Assembly: GCA_963665115.1 (NCBI GenBank)
Contig: OY762007.1
Coordinates: forward strand, 4,544,001-4,608,000
DNA: 64,000 bases
DNA from: an uncultured Rivularia sp.
GTDB taxonomy: Bacteria > Cyanobacteriota > Cyanobacteriia > Cyanobacteriales > Nostocaceae
Reading direction: 5' to 3'
Below are positions 1 through 12,387 of this stretch, one piece after another. Position 1 is the first letter of the stretch. Each line of letters begins with the position of its first letter. Below the pieces are notes generated by a model. It was given only the letters and a program-made list of their open reading frames with translations, made no database searches and had not been told where the DNA came from. The translations under genes were made by a program, and so were the position numbers.

Positions 1-25
1 TGGAACAAGGGGCAATATTAGCGCT

Positions 26-854
26 ATGCATTGGTTGTTAACTGGTCCTTTAAGTTTAGAAAAACTCACGGTTAAGATAGAGGGTTTGCCAGCATCTACT
101 AAGGGTACTCGTATAGTGCAGCTTTCGGATTTGCACTACGACGGTTTGAGGTTATCGGAAGAAATGTTAGAACAGGGCCATTATCACCAGCAATGAAGCT
201 GAACCGGATTTGGTTGTTTTAACTGGTGACTACGTGACTGACGATCCCGCACCAATATATAAGTTAGTTAAAAGACTTAAGAATTTAAAATCTCGCGCTG
301 GTATATATGCCGTACTAGGCAATCATGATATTCGCTACCGTACTGCAAAGGCAGAGGTAACAGCGGCACTTACAAGTATTGACATTAAAGTTCTCTGGAA
401 TGAAATTGCTTATCCTTTAGGAAAAGATTTACCCTTAGTTGGATTAGCAGAATATTGGTCAAAAGAATTTAAGCCTGCATCGGTAATGAATCGGTTAGAC
501 GATGAAACACCGCGTATTGTTTTATCCCATAATCCCGATACTGCCCAAATATTGCAGCAGTGGCGAGTAGATTTGCAATTATCAGGGCACAGTCACGGAG
601 GACAAATTGTATTACCCGATATTGGACCTTTAGTAGTTTACTACAAAGAATTAGTTCGCATAATTCCCAAAGAAGTGCGGCAATTAATTCCATTTCTACG
701 ACCAGATTATGTAAAAGTTCTCCGTCATTGGGAATGGGCGCAGGGATTTCACAAAGTAGGTAAAAATCAGCTATACGTCAACCGTGGCTTAGGAACTTAT
801 TTTCCAGGACGCTTGTTTTGTCCGCCGGAAGTTACTGCGATTACCTTGGAGTAA
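26..854 (+). CDS. Metallophosphoesterase (YkuE-like); apparent +1 frameshift near 175-177
   Basis: ATG at 26 reads MHWLLTG...QLSDLHYDG. Removing one G from the CAGGG run joins it to ORF 210..854, which has GDYV, GNHD, SHNPD and GHSHGGQ motifs. Confidence 0.85.
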
Positions 855-930
855 GGGGATGGGGAGATGGGGGTATGGGGAGACAAGCGGACAAGGAGAT
901 GGGGAGAGGGGGTAGAAAAACCTTAAATTC

Positions 931-1150
931 TTAACTCCTAACTCCTAACTCCTAACTCACTACTCCCTACTCCCTACTCACTACTCCCTACTCATAACTC
1001 ATAACTCATAACTCCTAACTCACTACTCCTAACTCACTACTCCCTACTCCCTACTCATAACTCATAACTCATAACTCACTACTCACTACTCCTAACTCAC
1101 TACTCCCTACTCCCTACTCATAACTCATAACTCCCTACTCCCTACTACTA
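931..1150. repeat. STRR heptamer tandem array (TAACTCC/TACTCCC/TAACTCA)
   Basis: About 30 tandem 7-mers visible directly; typical of Nostocales intergenic DNA. A GGGGA-rich tract precedes it at 855-915. Confidence 0.95.
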
Positions 1151-1158
1151 ACTAAATA

Positions 1159-1206
1159 AACCGCCTTTAGTTATGACCGAAAGATGTCAGTAATTAAAGG
1201 CGGCTT
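1159..1206. terminator. Long hairpin, probable terminator
   Basis: AACCGCCTTTAGTTATGAC...GTCAGTAATTAAAGGCGGCTT inverted repeat. Confidence 0.5.
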
Positions 1207-1804
1207 ATTAAATATTTAGTAGATTGAAAAGAGTTGAAAATCAGAGTTTAGTTTTAAAATAGGTGAACCAGAATCGCAATTTCAGAAAAGTTTTTTACGT
1301 AATGTACATCCTGAATAATTTACTATCTAAGCAGTATTTTTTGTCTGCTTGCCGAAAACCTCCAAACTTACTTATTAATAGACTCAAGGCGAAAACACAG
1401 CATTTATTTTTTGTCGGATGTAACAATCGAAAAACTATTGCGATGGGATTAGAGCGGGAGACACTAACTCTAATCGAAAGATTTATTTGTAAGAGTTGTA
1501 ACTTGCTCGTGTCTTACTTATAAAATTAGCATCCGTTTTCTATAAAAATGACCAATAGTTACAGTCCGTAACTATTGGTAAACTTTCGCAATATTTGTCT
1601 AATTTATTTAATCATGACAATAGCAATTACTCATGTTTTTTCCTTGAAAAGTACTTTATCTTTCGCTAACTCACATCTTGCACCGCTTTCAAAAACCTGG
1701 TTTCTAAAGGCTCGTTGAGAGAACAAATATTTTGCTTAACAAAAAGATATAGAGACGAAGCTTTAGCTAAGTCTCTAGAAACGAATTAGTTATATTGGAA
1801 GTCC

Positions 1805-2051
1805 GTGACGCACCTACATCAAATCTGAGATTATGATGTAGGCTTCTCAGCGACTCGTCTTTGACGACATTGACTGAGCTTTGAAGCCCTACGCCCTAGG
1901 GACTTTTTATCAGATTGGTTTTTCATTAGTAGGCTGCATTTCGCGCATTTAATTGGATTACACCTACCAATTCGATAATACCACAAATCTATAAGGTCGC
2001 TTTCATCTCACCGCTTCCCTTACGGGTAAGCGGGAGACTTTCCACAACCGA
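1805..2051 (-). mobile_element. Non-autonomous IS200/IS605-family miniature (left end, omega-RNA-like scaffold, right end; no tnpA/tnpB)
   Basis: Minus strand starts CGGTTGTGGAAAG followed by a hairpin CTCCCGCTT..AAGCGGTGAG. It ends AAAGCTCAG...CTGAGAAGCCTACATCA..TGATGTAGGTGCGTCAC, a right-end hairpin with GAAG guide and TCAC cleavage motif. Confidence 0.7.
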
Positions 2052-2066
2052 ATGTTAAATAAAAAT

Positions 2067-2771
2067 TTATTCAGCGGAGTTGCTGCTGCTGTTGCTGTCA
2101 CTATCGTTAGAGGAATTGCTGGTAGATGTTGAACTAGTTTGCTTTTTTGTTTCTGAAGAAGAATTATTGGTACTATCGTTTGAATTTTGAGGTTCCTTGG
2201 GAGCAGCTTGTTGTGGTTTCGCAGGTTCTGGTTGATTAACACCTTCTTGAGGTTGGACATTAATGTTAATGTCGCGTTGTTGAGGTTGTTGTGCTGGTTC
2301 TTGCTGTTGCGGAACCGGAACCGGAACCGGAACTTCAACAGGAACAGCTATTTCTCTAGTTCTTTCGATGATTGTAGTTGTATTATTTTCCGCAGGCTGG
2401 GAAGCTTCAGGTTCAGCAGGTTCCTTCTCTGTGGTTACGGGAGTTTCAATTGGTGTAGGTGTTGCGTTTTCTGCTTCTTTAGTTTGATTAAAATACCACA
2501 TTGCACCGCCTACTAAAGTTGCAAGTGCCGCAAGCATTACACCTAAGACTAAGCCTCCAGTCGTATTATTACTATCTCGTGCGGCTAAATTTCTTCTTTG
2601 GTAATCTCGTTCTTGAATCCTACCGGAAGCGTAGCCATCCTCATAAGTATTAGGATCGTTTTCAACTGTTTCACTGGTTCTTGTAACGTTGGTATGAATA
2701 CTACCGTCAGCGTTAGTATATGAATCCTGCTTGACTTCTTTGTTGTAGCTTCTTTCGTTGTTGTTAGTCAT
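2067..2771 (-). CDS. Hypothetical single-pass membrane protein with low-complexity P/Q/N/S-rich C-terminus
   Basis: 234-aa ORF with one hydrophobic helix (GGLVLGVMLAALATLVGGAMWYF). Confidence 0.8.
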   Translation of the reverse strand: MTNNNERSYNKEVKQDSYTNADGSIHTNVTRTSETVENDPNTYEDGYASGRIQERDYQRRNLAARDSNNTTGGLVLGVMLAALATLVGGAMWYFNQTKEAENATPTPIETPVTTEKEPAEPEASQPAENNTTTIIERTREIAVPVEVPVPVPVPQQQEPAQQPQQRDININVQPQEGVNQPEPAKPQQAAPKEPQNSNDSTNNSSSETKKQTSSTSTSNSSNDSDSNSSSNSAE

Positions 2772-3129
2772 AGGTATTTAAGGAATTATTTTGATTAATA
2801 AAGTATGAAAAAGTAAAGCATTTACAAATTAGATAGTTAATTTTATAATCAATCTTTTAATCTATATCTGTAGTTGCTTTTGAAACTCATATTTTGCTAT
2901 ATCCTCAGAATAACTTCTTAATTAACTGGGTGGTTCTATCTTCCGAAAGGTAGTCATACTATCCACAAGAATGACTTTTAACCCGTAAAAAAAATGTTAT
3001 ATTTGACGTTTTTTTATACATACAGTTTCGACTTTATCGTCAATTTAAAAATTATTTATCTAAGATGATGAAATTGATAGATAAAATGACTTTTTAATAT
3101 CAGTTAGTGTTAATTTTAATTAAGTGTAA

Positions 3130-4272
<1,143 letters not shown>

Positions 4273-4310
4273 AAATGTTATTATTATTGTAAAGATAACT
4301 ATAACAATTT

Positions 4311-4384
4311 GGGGCTGTAGCTCAGTTGGATAGAGCGAGCGCCTCCTAAGCGCTAGGTCGCAGGTTCGAGCCTTGCCAGTCCCG
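4311..4384 (+). tRNA. trnR-CCT: tRNA-Arg (anticodon CCT)
   Basis: Acceptor stem GGGGCTG/CAGTCCC, D-loop AGTTGGATA, anticodon arm AGCGC-CTCCTAA-GCGCT, T-loop GGTTCGAG; CCA not encoded. Confidence 0.97.
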
Positions 4385-4528
4385 TTTTCCGAAAATTAAT
4401 GAATAAAGTTATTAAATAGACTTTTAATTTGATCTACAAAACAGATACAATCTTTGATTAAGTCTGGTATTCTCTGTTGCTGCAATGCAATAGGCAGTGC
4501 ATATAAACTAGTAGATGGTTCTCTTGCC

Positions 4529-4560
4529 GCGTTAGCTCAGCGGCTCTGAAAGAGCATCGC
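4529..4560. repeat. Small dispersed repeat (SDR5-like) inserted in a HIP1 site
   Basis: GCG + 24-nt hairpin-containing insert + ATCGC; removing the insert restores GCGATCGC. Confidence 0.5.
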
Positions 4561-4851
4561 GAACATTGAATGACATCTATTCGTCAAAATAAATTAGTCC
4601 TGCCTCGTCCAATACCATACGTTCTCGCAACTTAAACAATAGTCAAGAACGCTTCTTCAAATACTTGTGAATATAGTTTCGCTCGAAATAATTGGGCGTT
4701 AAGGGGTGTTACCCCCTGTGCATTTTTTCACAAAGTATTTATATTTTGTTGGACATATTAATTGTTAACAGCGTATATCTTGCTGCGTTATTTTTATTTT
4801 TCTAGAATAAATTCCTTTCTAGATAGTCTAAGCGATAAACCCTTAAATAAA

Positions 4852-5397
4852 ATGCTCTCCAAAGGAATCTCTTCTCGGTTAATGCTTCTCGTTTTACCCC
4901 TAACCTTACTATGGGGTTACAAAAAAGTTCAAGCTGTATTTGTACAGCCACAAGCAATTTTGGTTTTAGGAGGCTCTACTAAAAGATTAGAACGAGAAAA
5001 ATTTACAGCTCATTTTGCAAAACAATATCCTAACCTGCCGATTTTGATTTCGGGAGGTAGTCCAGAAAGTGCGACAAAAAAGGTATTTATCAAAGCTGGT
5101 GTCGATCAAGAGCGTTTGTACTTAGACTATCGAGCCAATAATACAGTCGAAAATTTTACAACGTTAGTAGATGATTTAAAAAAAAGAGGAATCAAGAAAT
5201 TATATTTAGTCACTTCCGATTACCATATGCCTCGTGCGAGCGTAGTTGGCGAAATTGTTTTAGGTAGTCGGGGAATTGACTTTAAAACAGTATCTGTGCC
5301 TTCACAAAGTAATTCCGAACCAGTCGAAAAGTCTATCCGCGACGGAGTTAGATCGATTGTGTGGGTTGCTACAGGTTTGGGTGGTGGGGAGAAATAG
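4852..5397 (+). CDS. YdcF/DUF218 family protein
   Basis: ILVLGG, ILISGG, NTVENF and LVTSDYHMPRA motifs; ATG at 4852 chosen. Confidence 0.85.
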   Translation: MLSKGISSRLMLLVLPLTLLWGYKKVQAVFVQPQAILVLGGSTKRLEREKFTAHFAKQYPNLPILISGGSPESATKKVFIKAGVDQERLYLDYRANNTVENFTTLVDDLKKRGIKKLYLVTSDYHMPRASVVGEIVLGSRGIDFKTVSVPSQSNSEPVEKSIRDGVRSIVWVATGLGGGEK

Positions 5398-5480
5398 AAG
5401 CCGAGGAAGCCGAGGAAGAATTATTGTTTGCTATTCCCTTTTCCCCGTTTCCTATTTCCTACCTCATTGAATATTGCAAC

Positions 5481-5783
5481 TTATGCCGCAGCTTTTTCTT
5501 GCACCAAAACAAAAGGCTGCACAATCAAAGTGTTAAAGCGTTTTTTTCGCTGCATATTCCATTCTCCGATTTGTACTGCTGAAGGTTTAGCAATCAACGC
5601 TTCATCAATCCAATTTTGGACTTCTGAGGCTTTATCACCAGCTATAGCTTCACCTACCTCTAATAAATCTAATTCAGAGGCTACTATAATTACAGAATCT
5701 CTTTGTGCATGAGGAATCAACCATTCCCATTCGGCTTCATCAAGGTTTTCATCTAATTGCGCTCTTAAATCTTGATTTGTCAT
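5481..5783 (-). CDS. DUF2288 family protein
   Basis: AEWEWLIPHAQRD...IVQPFVLVQ pattern. Confidence 0.8.
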   Translation of the reverse strand: MTNQDLRAQLDENLDEAEWEWLIPHAQRDSVIIVASELDLLEVGEAIAGDKASEVQNWIDEALIAKPSAVQIGEWNMQRKKRFNTLIVQPFVLVQEKAAA

Positions 5784-5923
5784 CAGTCATTATTTATTCT
5801 GCAATAATTAATATATAACAATTTTAAATTATTTGTGAAAATTCAAAGCCGGCTTCTTGAAAGAAGCCGTATTATTATGCATCACGAGATTATGGTTTGG
5901 ATTATATTACTTATAAATTTTGA

Positions 5924-6961
5924 TTAAACCTCAGCTTTCATTGCATCAATCTCAAACAATGAAACAATGACTCCTGCAATTGGAATTGAGATAAAAATAC
6001 CTAATAAGCCTGCAATTCTAGCACCTATTAGTAAAGCAAAAAATATTACAACTGGATTTAAATTCAGTGCATCCTGCATAACTCTAGGTGCAATTAAATT
6101 ATCTTGAATTTGTTGGAGTAAAATACAAGCTCCCAATACCTTAAGCGCCAACCATACACCTTGAGATAATACAATTAAAGTAATTACACTAATTCCTAAT
6201 GTTGCACCGATTCCTGGAATAACATCAATAAAACCGACTATTACAGATAAGACTAAAGGAAACGGTACCCCCAACACCACAAAAACCAGAAATGTTGTGA
6301 CAGTGAGAAACAGTGTTAATAATAATTGACCCCGAAAAAAGCCTAGAAATGCACGTTTCATGATTTTTGCAAACCTTTCACGTCGAGTACTCGGCACTAT
6401 TTTTAAAATAAAATTCCAAAGCTGTTCTCCTTCGAGAAGCATAAAAAATGAGATAACCGCAATTAAAACGAAAGTCGCAAAATTAGTAATAAAACCTTGG
6501 AATAAAAATAGAATATTACTAAGTCTCGCAATAGCTTGTTCTCTTAATACCTGTTCTAAGTAACTTAAATCTATCTGAAGATTTCGGTTCCTAAGTATCT
6601 CTTCCAATCGCTCAACCAAAGGCACTAAAGAATTTAGAAAAGTAGCTACACTATCAATTAACTGTTGTCCCTGGGATAAAAGTCCTAAACCTGCCGCTAT
6701 AGCTAAACTGCCAAGAATAACTATACTGATTAAGAAAATAAATATAACCGCTACACTATGAGGTACAAAGCGTTTTAGCCACTGTACTGGATAGCTAAGT
6801 AAAAAAGCCAAAATTGCCGCAAACGTAAAAATAACGATAACTGCTTGAAAATAAGCGAATAATTTTACGATTGTCCAACCGCAAGCAGCAAAAAGTAAAA
6901 AGCGAACTAAAGCAAAATTATTTAATCGTGTTAAAAAATTTTCACCGTCTGAATCATTCAT
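5924..6961 (-). CDS. AI-2E family (PerM-like) transporter
   Basis: Multi-TM protein with LAFLLSYPV, FFRGQL and QQIQDNLIAPRVM motifs. Confidence 0.88.
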   Translation of the reverse strand: MNDSDGENFLTRLNNFALVRFLLFAACGWTIVKLFAYFQAVIVIFTFAAILAFLLSYPVQWLKRFVPHSVAVIFIFLISIVILGSLAIAAGLGLLSQGQQLIDSVATFLNSLVPLVERLEEILRNRNLQIDLSYLEQVLREQAIARLSNILFLFQGFITNFATFVLIAVISFFMLLEGEQLWNFILKIVPSTRRERFAKIMKRAFLGFFRGQLLLTLFLTVTTFLVFVVLGVPFPLVLSVIVGFIDVIPGIGATLGISVITLIVLSQGVWLALKVLGACILLQQIQDNLIAPRVMQDALNLNPVVIFFALLIGARIAGLLGIFISIPIAGVIVSLFEIDAMKAEV

Positions 6962-7131
6962 AAAATATTAAGTAAGTAGAAGGAAGGAAGCGGGAGACAA
7001 ATTAAATAGATAAAATTCGGTATGCCAACATTACCCGAAGATCAATTTAAGCAAATTTAGCTACCAATGTTACTTGCTTAAAGCATATTCTTAATACATC
7101 TTTTTAATACATATTGTCTAATTTTGCCGCT

Positions 7132-7770
7132 TCAACGTCCCAAATCGTGCATTTTATTAATCTCTACAGCGCATTTTTGGGTTACAGCTTCTAAATCTTC
7201 CTTAGTGGTGGAAATTGGAGCAGAAATCAACTCGCCAATTCTGATAGTTACCGGAACCCTTTGAGGAATACCCGAACCTTTCTGCTCAATATCCTGAGTA
7301 CCCCACAAACATACTGGTATAATTGGTGCTTTGGCTTTTGCTGCAATTAACGCCGCGCCTCTTTTAGGGTCTGTAATTCGTCCATTAGGCGTGCGAGTAC
7401 CTTGCAAGAAAATACCTACAGCCCAACCGCCCTTTAGATACTCCAAAGCACTACGAATTGCATTGCGATCGCCACTTCCCCTACTTACAGGATAAGCACC
7501 ATACAGTTGAATCGCTTGTTTCAAAACGGGAACTTTAAATAATTCTTCCTTCGCCATATAAGATACGGGACGGCAAACGCTATTAGAAACAATCGGTGGG
7601 TCAAAATTACTCGCATGATTGCTTACTATCACTAATGGGCCATTCCGAGGGACATTTTCCGCTCCATAAATACGCCCTCGGAAGTAAGCGAGAAGCATCG
7701 GATTTACTACCGAGTATTTAAAAGCTTGGTAAAGCAGGAGGCTAACAAAAGGTTCGCGATTTCGAGACAT
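7132..7770 (-). CDS. plsC: 1-acyl-sn-glycerol-3-phosphate acyltransferase
   Basis: NHASNFDPP (HxxxxD) and FLQGTR motifs; last gene of the plsX operon. Confidence 0.9.
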   Translation of the reverse strand: MSRNREPFVSLLLYQAFKYSVVNPMLLAYFRGRIYGAENVPRNGPLVIVSNHASNFDPPIVSNSVCRPVSYMAKEELFKVPVLKQAIQLYGAYPVSRGSGDRNAIRSALEYLKGGWAVGIFLQGTRTPNGRITDPKRGAALIAAKAKAPIIPVCLWGTQDIEQKGSGIPQRVPVTIRIGELISAPISTTKEDLEAVTQKCAVEINKMHDLGR

Positions 7771-7997
7771 AATGCAAAATGGGCATGGGGGATTGGGGAT
7801 TGGGCATGGGGGACATTATTAAAGTAGTGAGTAATGAGTAATGAGTAGCGAGTAAAAATAGACGTAAAACGGCAGCGACATTTATGAGAATAATAAGAAT
7901 CAGTAATTTACTCTCTACTTGCTACTTGCTACTTCCTACTCCCTACTTGCTACTCCCTACTTGCTACTTACTATTCCCTACTCTCTACTCCTAACTC

Positions 7998-8887
7998 CTA
8001 ACTTTTAACTAATTCCGTTTCCGCCGCAGAGCGCACGTTTTCTAATTTTAAGCCGGAGGCTGTTCGCTTGATTAAACCTGTTAATACATTTCCAGGGGCC
8101 CAATTTCTACTACTCGTTCAATTCCTTGTTCTGGTAAGGCTAGTGCTATTTCTCGCCAGCGCACGCTTCCGGTCATTTGTTTTACTAAGCGTTGCTTTAA
8201 AACATCTGCTTCCACCGTGGGTGCAGGTTCAACGTTAGATAAAACTGGTACGTTAGCTTGATGAAATTCTACGGTTGCTAATACATCTTTAAATTCAGCA
8301 GATGCTTCTGCCATCATCGGTGAATGAAAGGCTCCCGATACATTTAATGGTAATTTGCGTTTTGCTTTCACTTGATTCAGGACGCTTTCTATCGCTTCAG
8401 GTGTACCGGAAATTACTACTTGTGCGGAACTGTTGTCATTCGCCAAAACTGCATCGTCTGTTTCAGCCAGAATTTTATCTAATTGTTCTCTATCGAAGCC
8501 AATTAAAGCTGCCATCTTACCACCAGCAGCATTCTCCATCAGTTCGGCACGACGCTTTACCAAACGCAAACCAGCAGACCATTCAAATACGCCTGCTACA
8601 TATAAAGCAATATACTCTCCCAAGCTATGACCGGCTACTAAATCCGGTTTTTCTTCTTTGCAGATAATATCGGCAAGAATAGTTTCTACCACATACAAGC
8701 AAGGTTGAGTATAAAGAGTACGAGCCAACTTATCTTCGTGATTCTGGCAAATGTCGCTAACGCTCCAGCCTAAAATCTCTTCAGCTTGAACAAACTTTTC
8801 CTTCGTTTCTGACAATTCCAGTAAATCCATTCCCATTCCCAGTACTTGGGAACCTTGTCCGGGAAATACCCATGCGGTTTTACTCAT
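7998..8887 (-). CDS. fabD: Malonyl-CoA:ACP transacylase; frameshift near 8093-8101
   Basis: FPGQGSQ, GHSLGEY and SGAFHS motifs. The C-terminus (GNVLTGLIKRTASG...) continues in another frame after the GGGCCCC run to a stop at 7998. Confidence 0.92.
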
Positions 8888-9090
8888 CAGCTATTAGTTT
8901 TTAGTTAGTAGTTAGTAGTTAGTGGTTAGTGGTTAGTGGTTCGTAGAGTCAGGAGTTAGGAGTTAGTAATTAGGAGATGAAGAAAGCGGAGGGAGCAAAG
9001 GGAGCAATTTTAAATTAATTTTTTTCCCCTGCCTCAAGAGCCTCTCCTGCTCTCCTTGTCCCCTTGCCTCCCCCCTCTCCCCCTGCTCTC

Positions 9091-10083
9091 TTACCTTCCC
9101 CACTGAAAAATCGCCGCGCCCCAAGTTAATCCAGCCCCAAAACCAGATGCAGCGATGGTATCTTGTTGTTTAATTTTGCCTTCTCGTACTGCTTCATCTA
9201 ATGCGATTGGTATGGAAGCAGCAGAGGTATTGCCATAATTAGCTACATTACTGATTACTTTTTCTGGTGGAATAGAAAGACGTTCTGCGACTGCATCAAG
9301 AATGCGTTGGTTGGCTTGATGCAATAGCAGCCAATCCACTTGCTCGACAGTCAAATTGGCACGAAATAAAGCTTTGTCAATAACTTCTGGTACTCGCTTC
9401 ACGGCAAAACGATAAACTTCTTTGCCGTTCATAGAAACATTACCAAAATTGCCTTTTGAGATACTTACACCATTGGTAAGTTCTTGGGATTGAGGTGTAT
9501 AGGCAAGCTTTAGACAGCTATTGAGAGTTCCATCACTTTTTATTTCAAACCCTAATAAATGGTCTTCCTTATTGGCTTGCAATACAGCAGCCCCAGCACC
9601 ATCACCAAATAATATGCAGGTGCGTCTATCTTCCCAATCCACCCAACGAGAGAGGATATCCGCCCCAATCAAGAGTACATTTTGAAATACACCCGTTCTT
9701 ATATATTGGGCGGCAGTTACCAATCCAAACACAAAACCAGAACAAGCCGCAGTCAAATCAAATGCTACTGCTTTGGTGGCTCCTAATTCAGCTTGAATTG
9801 CAGCGGCACTACCAAACAAATCATCGGGAGTGGAAGTGGCCAGCAAAATCAAATCCAAATCTTTTGCTTCAATTTGTGCCATTTCCAATGCCTTGAGACT
9901 AGCAGCAGTACCAATAGAAGTAACAGATTCGGTCGCCATCGCTAATCTTCGTTGACGAATTCCCGTTCTGGTGGTTATCCATTCATCTGATGTTTCAACT
10001 AGCCCGCTCAGCCTCTGGTTATCCAGAAAGGTTCCTGGCACAGCCGAGCCACTTCCTGTAATCGCTATTCCTAAATTTTGCAC
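9091..10083 (-). CDS. fabH: Beta-ketoacyl-ACP synthase III
   Basis: AACSGF, HQANQRI, GNTSAAS and GFGAGLTWG motifs. Confidence 0.96.
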   Translation of the reverse strand: MQNLGIAITGSGSAVPGTFLDNQRLSGLVETSDEWITTRTGIRQRRLAMATESVTSIGTAASLKALEMAQIEAKDLDLILLATSTPDDLFGSAAAIQAELGATKAVAFDLTAACSGFVFGLVTAAQYIRTGVFQNVLLIGADILSRWVDWEDRRTCILFGDGAGAAVLQANKEDHLLGFEIKSDGTLNSCLKLAYTPQSQELTNGVSISKGNFGNVSMNGKEVYRFAVKRVPEVIDKALFRANLTVEQVDWLLLHQANQRILDAVAERLSIPPEKVISNVANYGNTSAASIPIALDEAVREGKIKQQDTIAASGFGAGLTWGAAIFQWGR

Positions 10084-10210
10084 TCATTCTCTCCGCAGCT
10101 ATCCGCTAGAAGGACTGTAAAAATCTCTACGATAATAATTACTAATCTATAGGCAGTATAAAAAAGAACTGTTCTATAGACTAGTAATATTAATTGCCTG
10201 CCTAGCTAAT

Positions 10211-11233
10211 TCATAAAACGCTTTTTTCGCTCAGATTTTGAGAGTGAATGCGTTGTAGTACCTGATTGTCCACAGCTTCTTTCGCTAGACGAATTGCACC
10301 GAAAATTGAAGGAGCTTGGGAACTACCATGACCAATTACACATATGCCGTTTACGCCTAAAAGTAAACCACCGCCATGTTCTGCTGAGTCTACCCGCTGC
10401 TTAATTCGTTTCAGGTTTGGTTTTAAAATAGAACAGCCAAGTTGGCCGCGCAATCCTTGGGGTAATTCCTCGCGCATAATTTGCAGCAAAATTTCCCCGA
10501 CTGCTTCAGCAAATTTTAATAAGACATTGCCTACAAAACCATCGCATACAATCACATCAAAATCACCAGAAAGCACATCGCGCCCTTCGGCATTGCCAAT
10601 AAAGGTAATGTAAGGATTTTCAGCAATCATTTGGTGGGCGCGTATGGCAACATCGTTACCTTTACAATCTTCCTCACCAATATTTAATAAACCAACTTTG
10701 GGTTCTGCCACACCCAAAACATACTGAGAATAGGCAGAACCTAAAACGGCAAATTGCTCCAAATATTTAGGACGGCAGTCTACGTTAGCGCCAACGTCAA
10801 GCACTAAGACTTGCTTGCTAGCCATCATCGTAGGGAATACTGCACCAATTGCCGGACGATCGATGCCCGGAAGTCTTCCCAAGCGAAGTAAAGCTGCTGC
10901 CATTGCTGCACCAGAATGACCGGCACTAATTACAGCATCAGCTTCTCCCTTTTTCACCAAGCTCATCGCCACGTTAATGGAAGCCTTCGGTTTGCGTCTA
11001 ATGCCGCTTAAAGGTTCCTCATCCATCGCGATCGCCCCTTCGGCAGGGACAATTTCAACTTGTTCTGACTTAACTGATGATGGCAGTGTTCGTTCAATAT
11101 CTTCGGGGGAGCCTACCAACAATACTTTTACACCTAATTCTTCGACGGCTCGCAGTGCGCCAGCCACGATTTCCCCAGGTGCATTATCTCCTCCCATTGC
11201 ATCAATAGCGATTCTTACGCCAGTCGATCCCAT
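10211..11233 (-). CDS. plsX: Phosphate acyltransferase PlsX
   Basis: IAIDAMGGD, LDVGAN and VCDGFVGN motifs. Confidence 0.96.
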   Translation of the reverse strand: MGSTGVRIAIDAMGGDNAPGEIVAGALRAVEELGVKVLLVGSPEDIERTLPSSVKSEQVEIVPAEGAIAMDEEPLSGIRRKPKASINVAMSLVKKGEADAVISAGHSGAAMAAALLRLGRLPGIDRPAIGAVFPTMMASKQVLVLDVGANVDCRPKYLEQFAVLGSAYSQYVLGVAEPKVGLLNIGEEDCKGNDVAIRAHQMIAENPYITFIGNAEGRDVLSGDFDVIVCDGFVGNVLLKFAEAVGEILLQIMREELPQGLRGQLGCSILKPNLKRIKQRVDSAEHGGGLLLGVNGICVIGHGSSQAPSIFGAIRLAKEAVDNQVLQRIHSQNLSEKSVL

Positions 11234-12387
11234 TGCTCAGAGCTTCCAGAAACCTTACAAATTTTACCAGATGCCCCTACTAGTAGCAGTAGATTTTTAA
11301 CTACCAAATCTCGCTTTTCTAAGTAAGGCATCCACTTCGACTTTCGCTCAACATAACATGAATTCACCTCTATCACTCCACTCTCATCTCTTTACAGGTA
11401 AATGTTTTGAGCAATATTCCTCCGGTGCTAACGATACGTAACAACATTGCTGTTGAGCGTAAAGCAGACTAATATTGCATCTTGATATAAAGACTTATTG
11501 CATAAATTGCACAAAGCAGTAATTCTATTTTCCGTCAAGAAAGCTGATGTTTTGTAAGGCAAAATTTAATCGGGTGCTATTCTAAATCTTGTCATCATCG
11601 CTTTATTTACAGGCATATGCATATTGATTTCAACCATGCTCCTTATTCATCTTCCGCAGTGGAAAGAAATGCAAAAGGATTTGAAAGTGCTAGTTGATTC
11701 GTTTGCTATCAATAGTGATAAGTAGCACTACGTATGAGAATTTTGAAAAAATAGCAGTAAATATATTGGCTCTGGATTCAAGCAAACTACTAATTCCGAC
11801 CTAAAATTCAAAAAATAATGAAATTTCCCTGATTTGCGATTAAATATCTAGAAGATATTCACAGTTACGAAGGCGCATCCGTTTTAAAAGAGCGTTTTTA
11901 GTTTTTAGTAGCTAGTAAACAGTACCGTTGATAGCACGACGTGTATTTGGTAATTAATACTATGTCGCTGTCGTTGTTCTTACCCCTTCGAGAACCAACT
12001 GCTCTGCTAGATATCTATGAAACCGGCCCATTCAATTTTGCTCAAAGCATTGTCTGTTAAATATTTTATGAACTTTACAAAAACTCTTCATATTACTTAT
12101 AAAAGCAACTATAAATTTATATTTATCCTGAATTGGGACCGAAACCCAGGTTAATTCCCATAAGGGTTTTTCCCAATCAATTTGGTGCGATCGCCCAGAG
12201 AAGTGTGATAATAAAATCCATTACTTGAAAATTTAAGCATAATGGTTGAGGCAGATTGCAAGAGTTTGTTATATAGCTCTCTTCCGAAAGCAAAAATCAA
12301 CGGGTATCATTACTCAATGCTAATGGGTTTGCTTTGTGCGTAATATTACAGCAAAAAAGGTAGCAGTTACTTGTATAGGAGCAAAGA

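Noticed and set aside
931..1150. Tandem repeat arrays as a CRISPR
   Set aside because: These are 7-nt STRR units with no unique spacers, and there are no cas genes in the window.
1263..1523. 86-aa ORF; likewise 38958..39149, 36535..36735 and 59932..60252
   Set aside because: No family features. The latter three overlap a terminator-like hairpin, Yfr1 and petA respectively.
4311..4760. tRNA-Arg as the integration site of an island
   Set aside because: No integrase and no duplicated tRNA 3' end found; flanking genes look like core genome.
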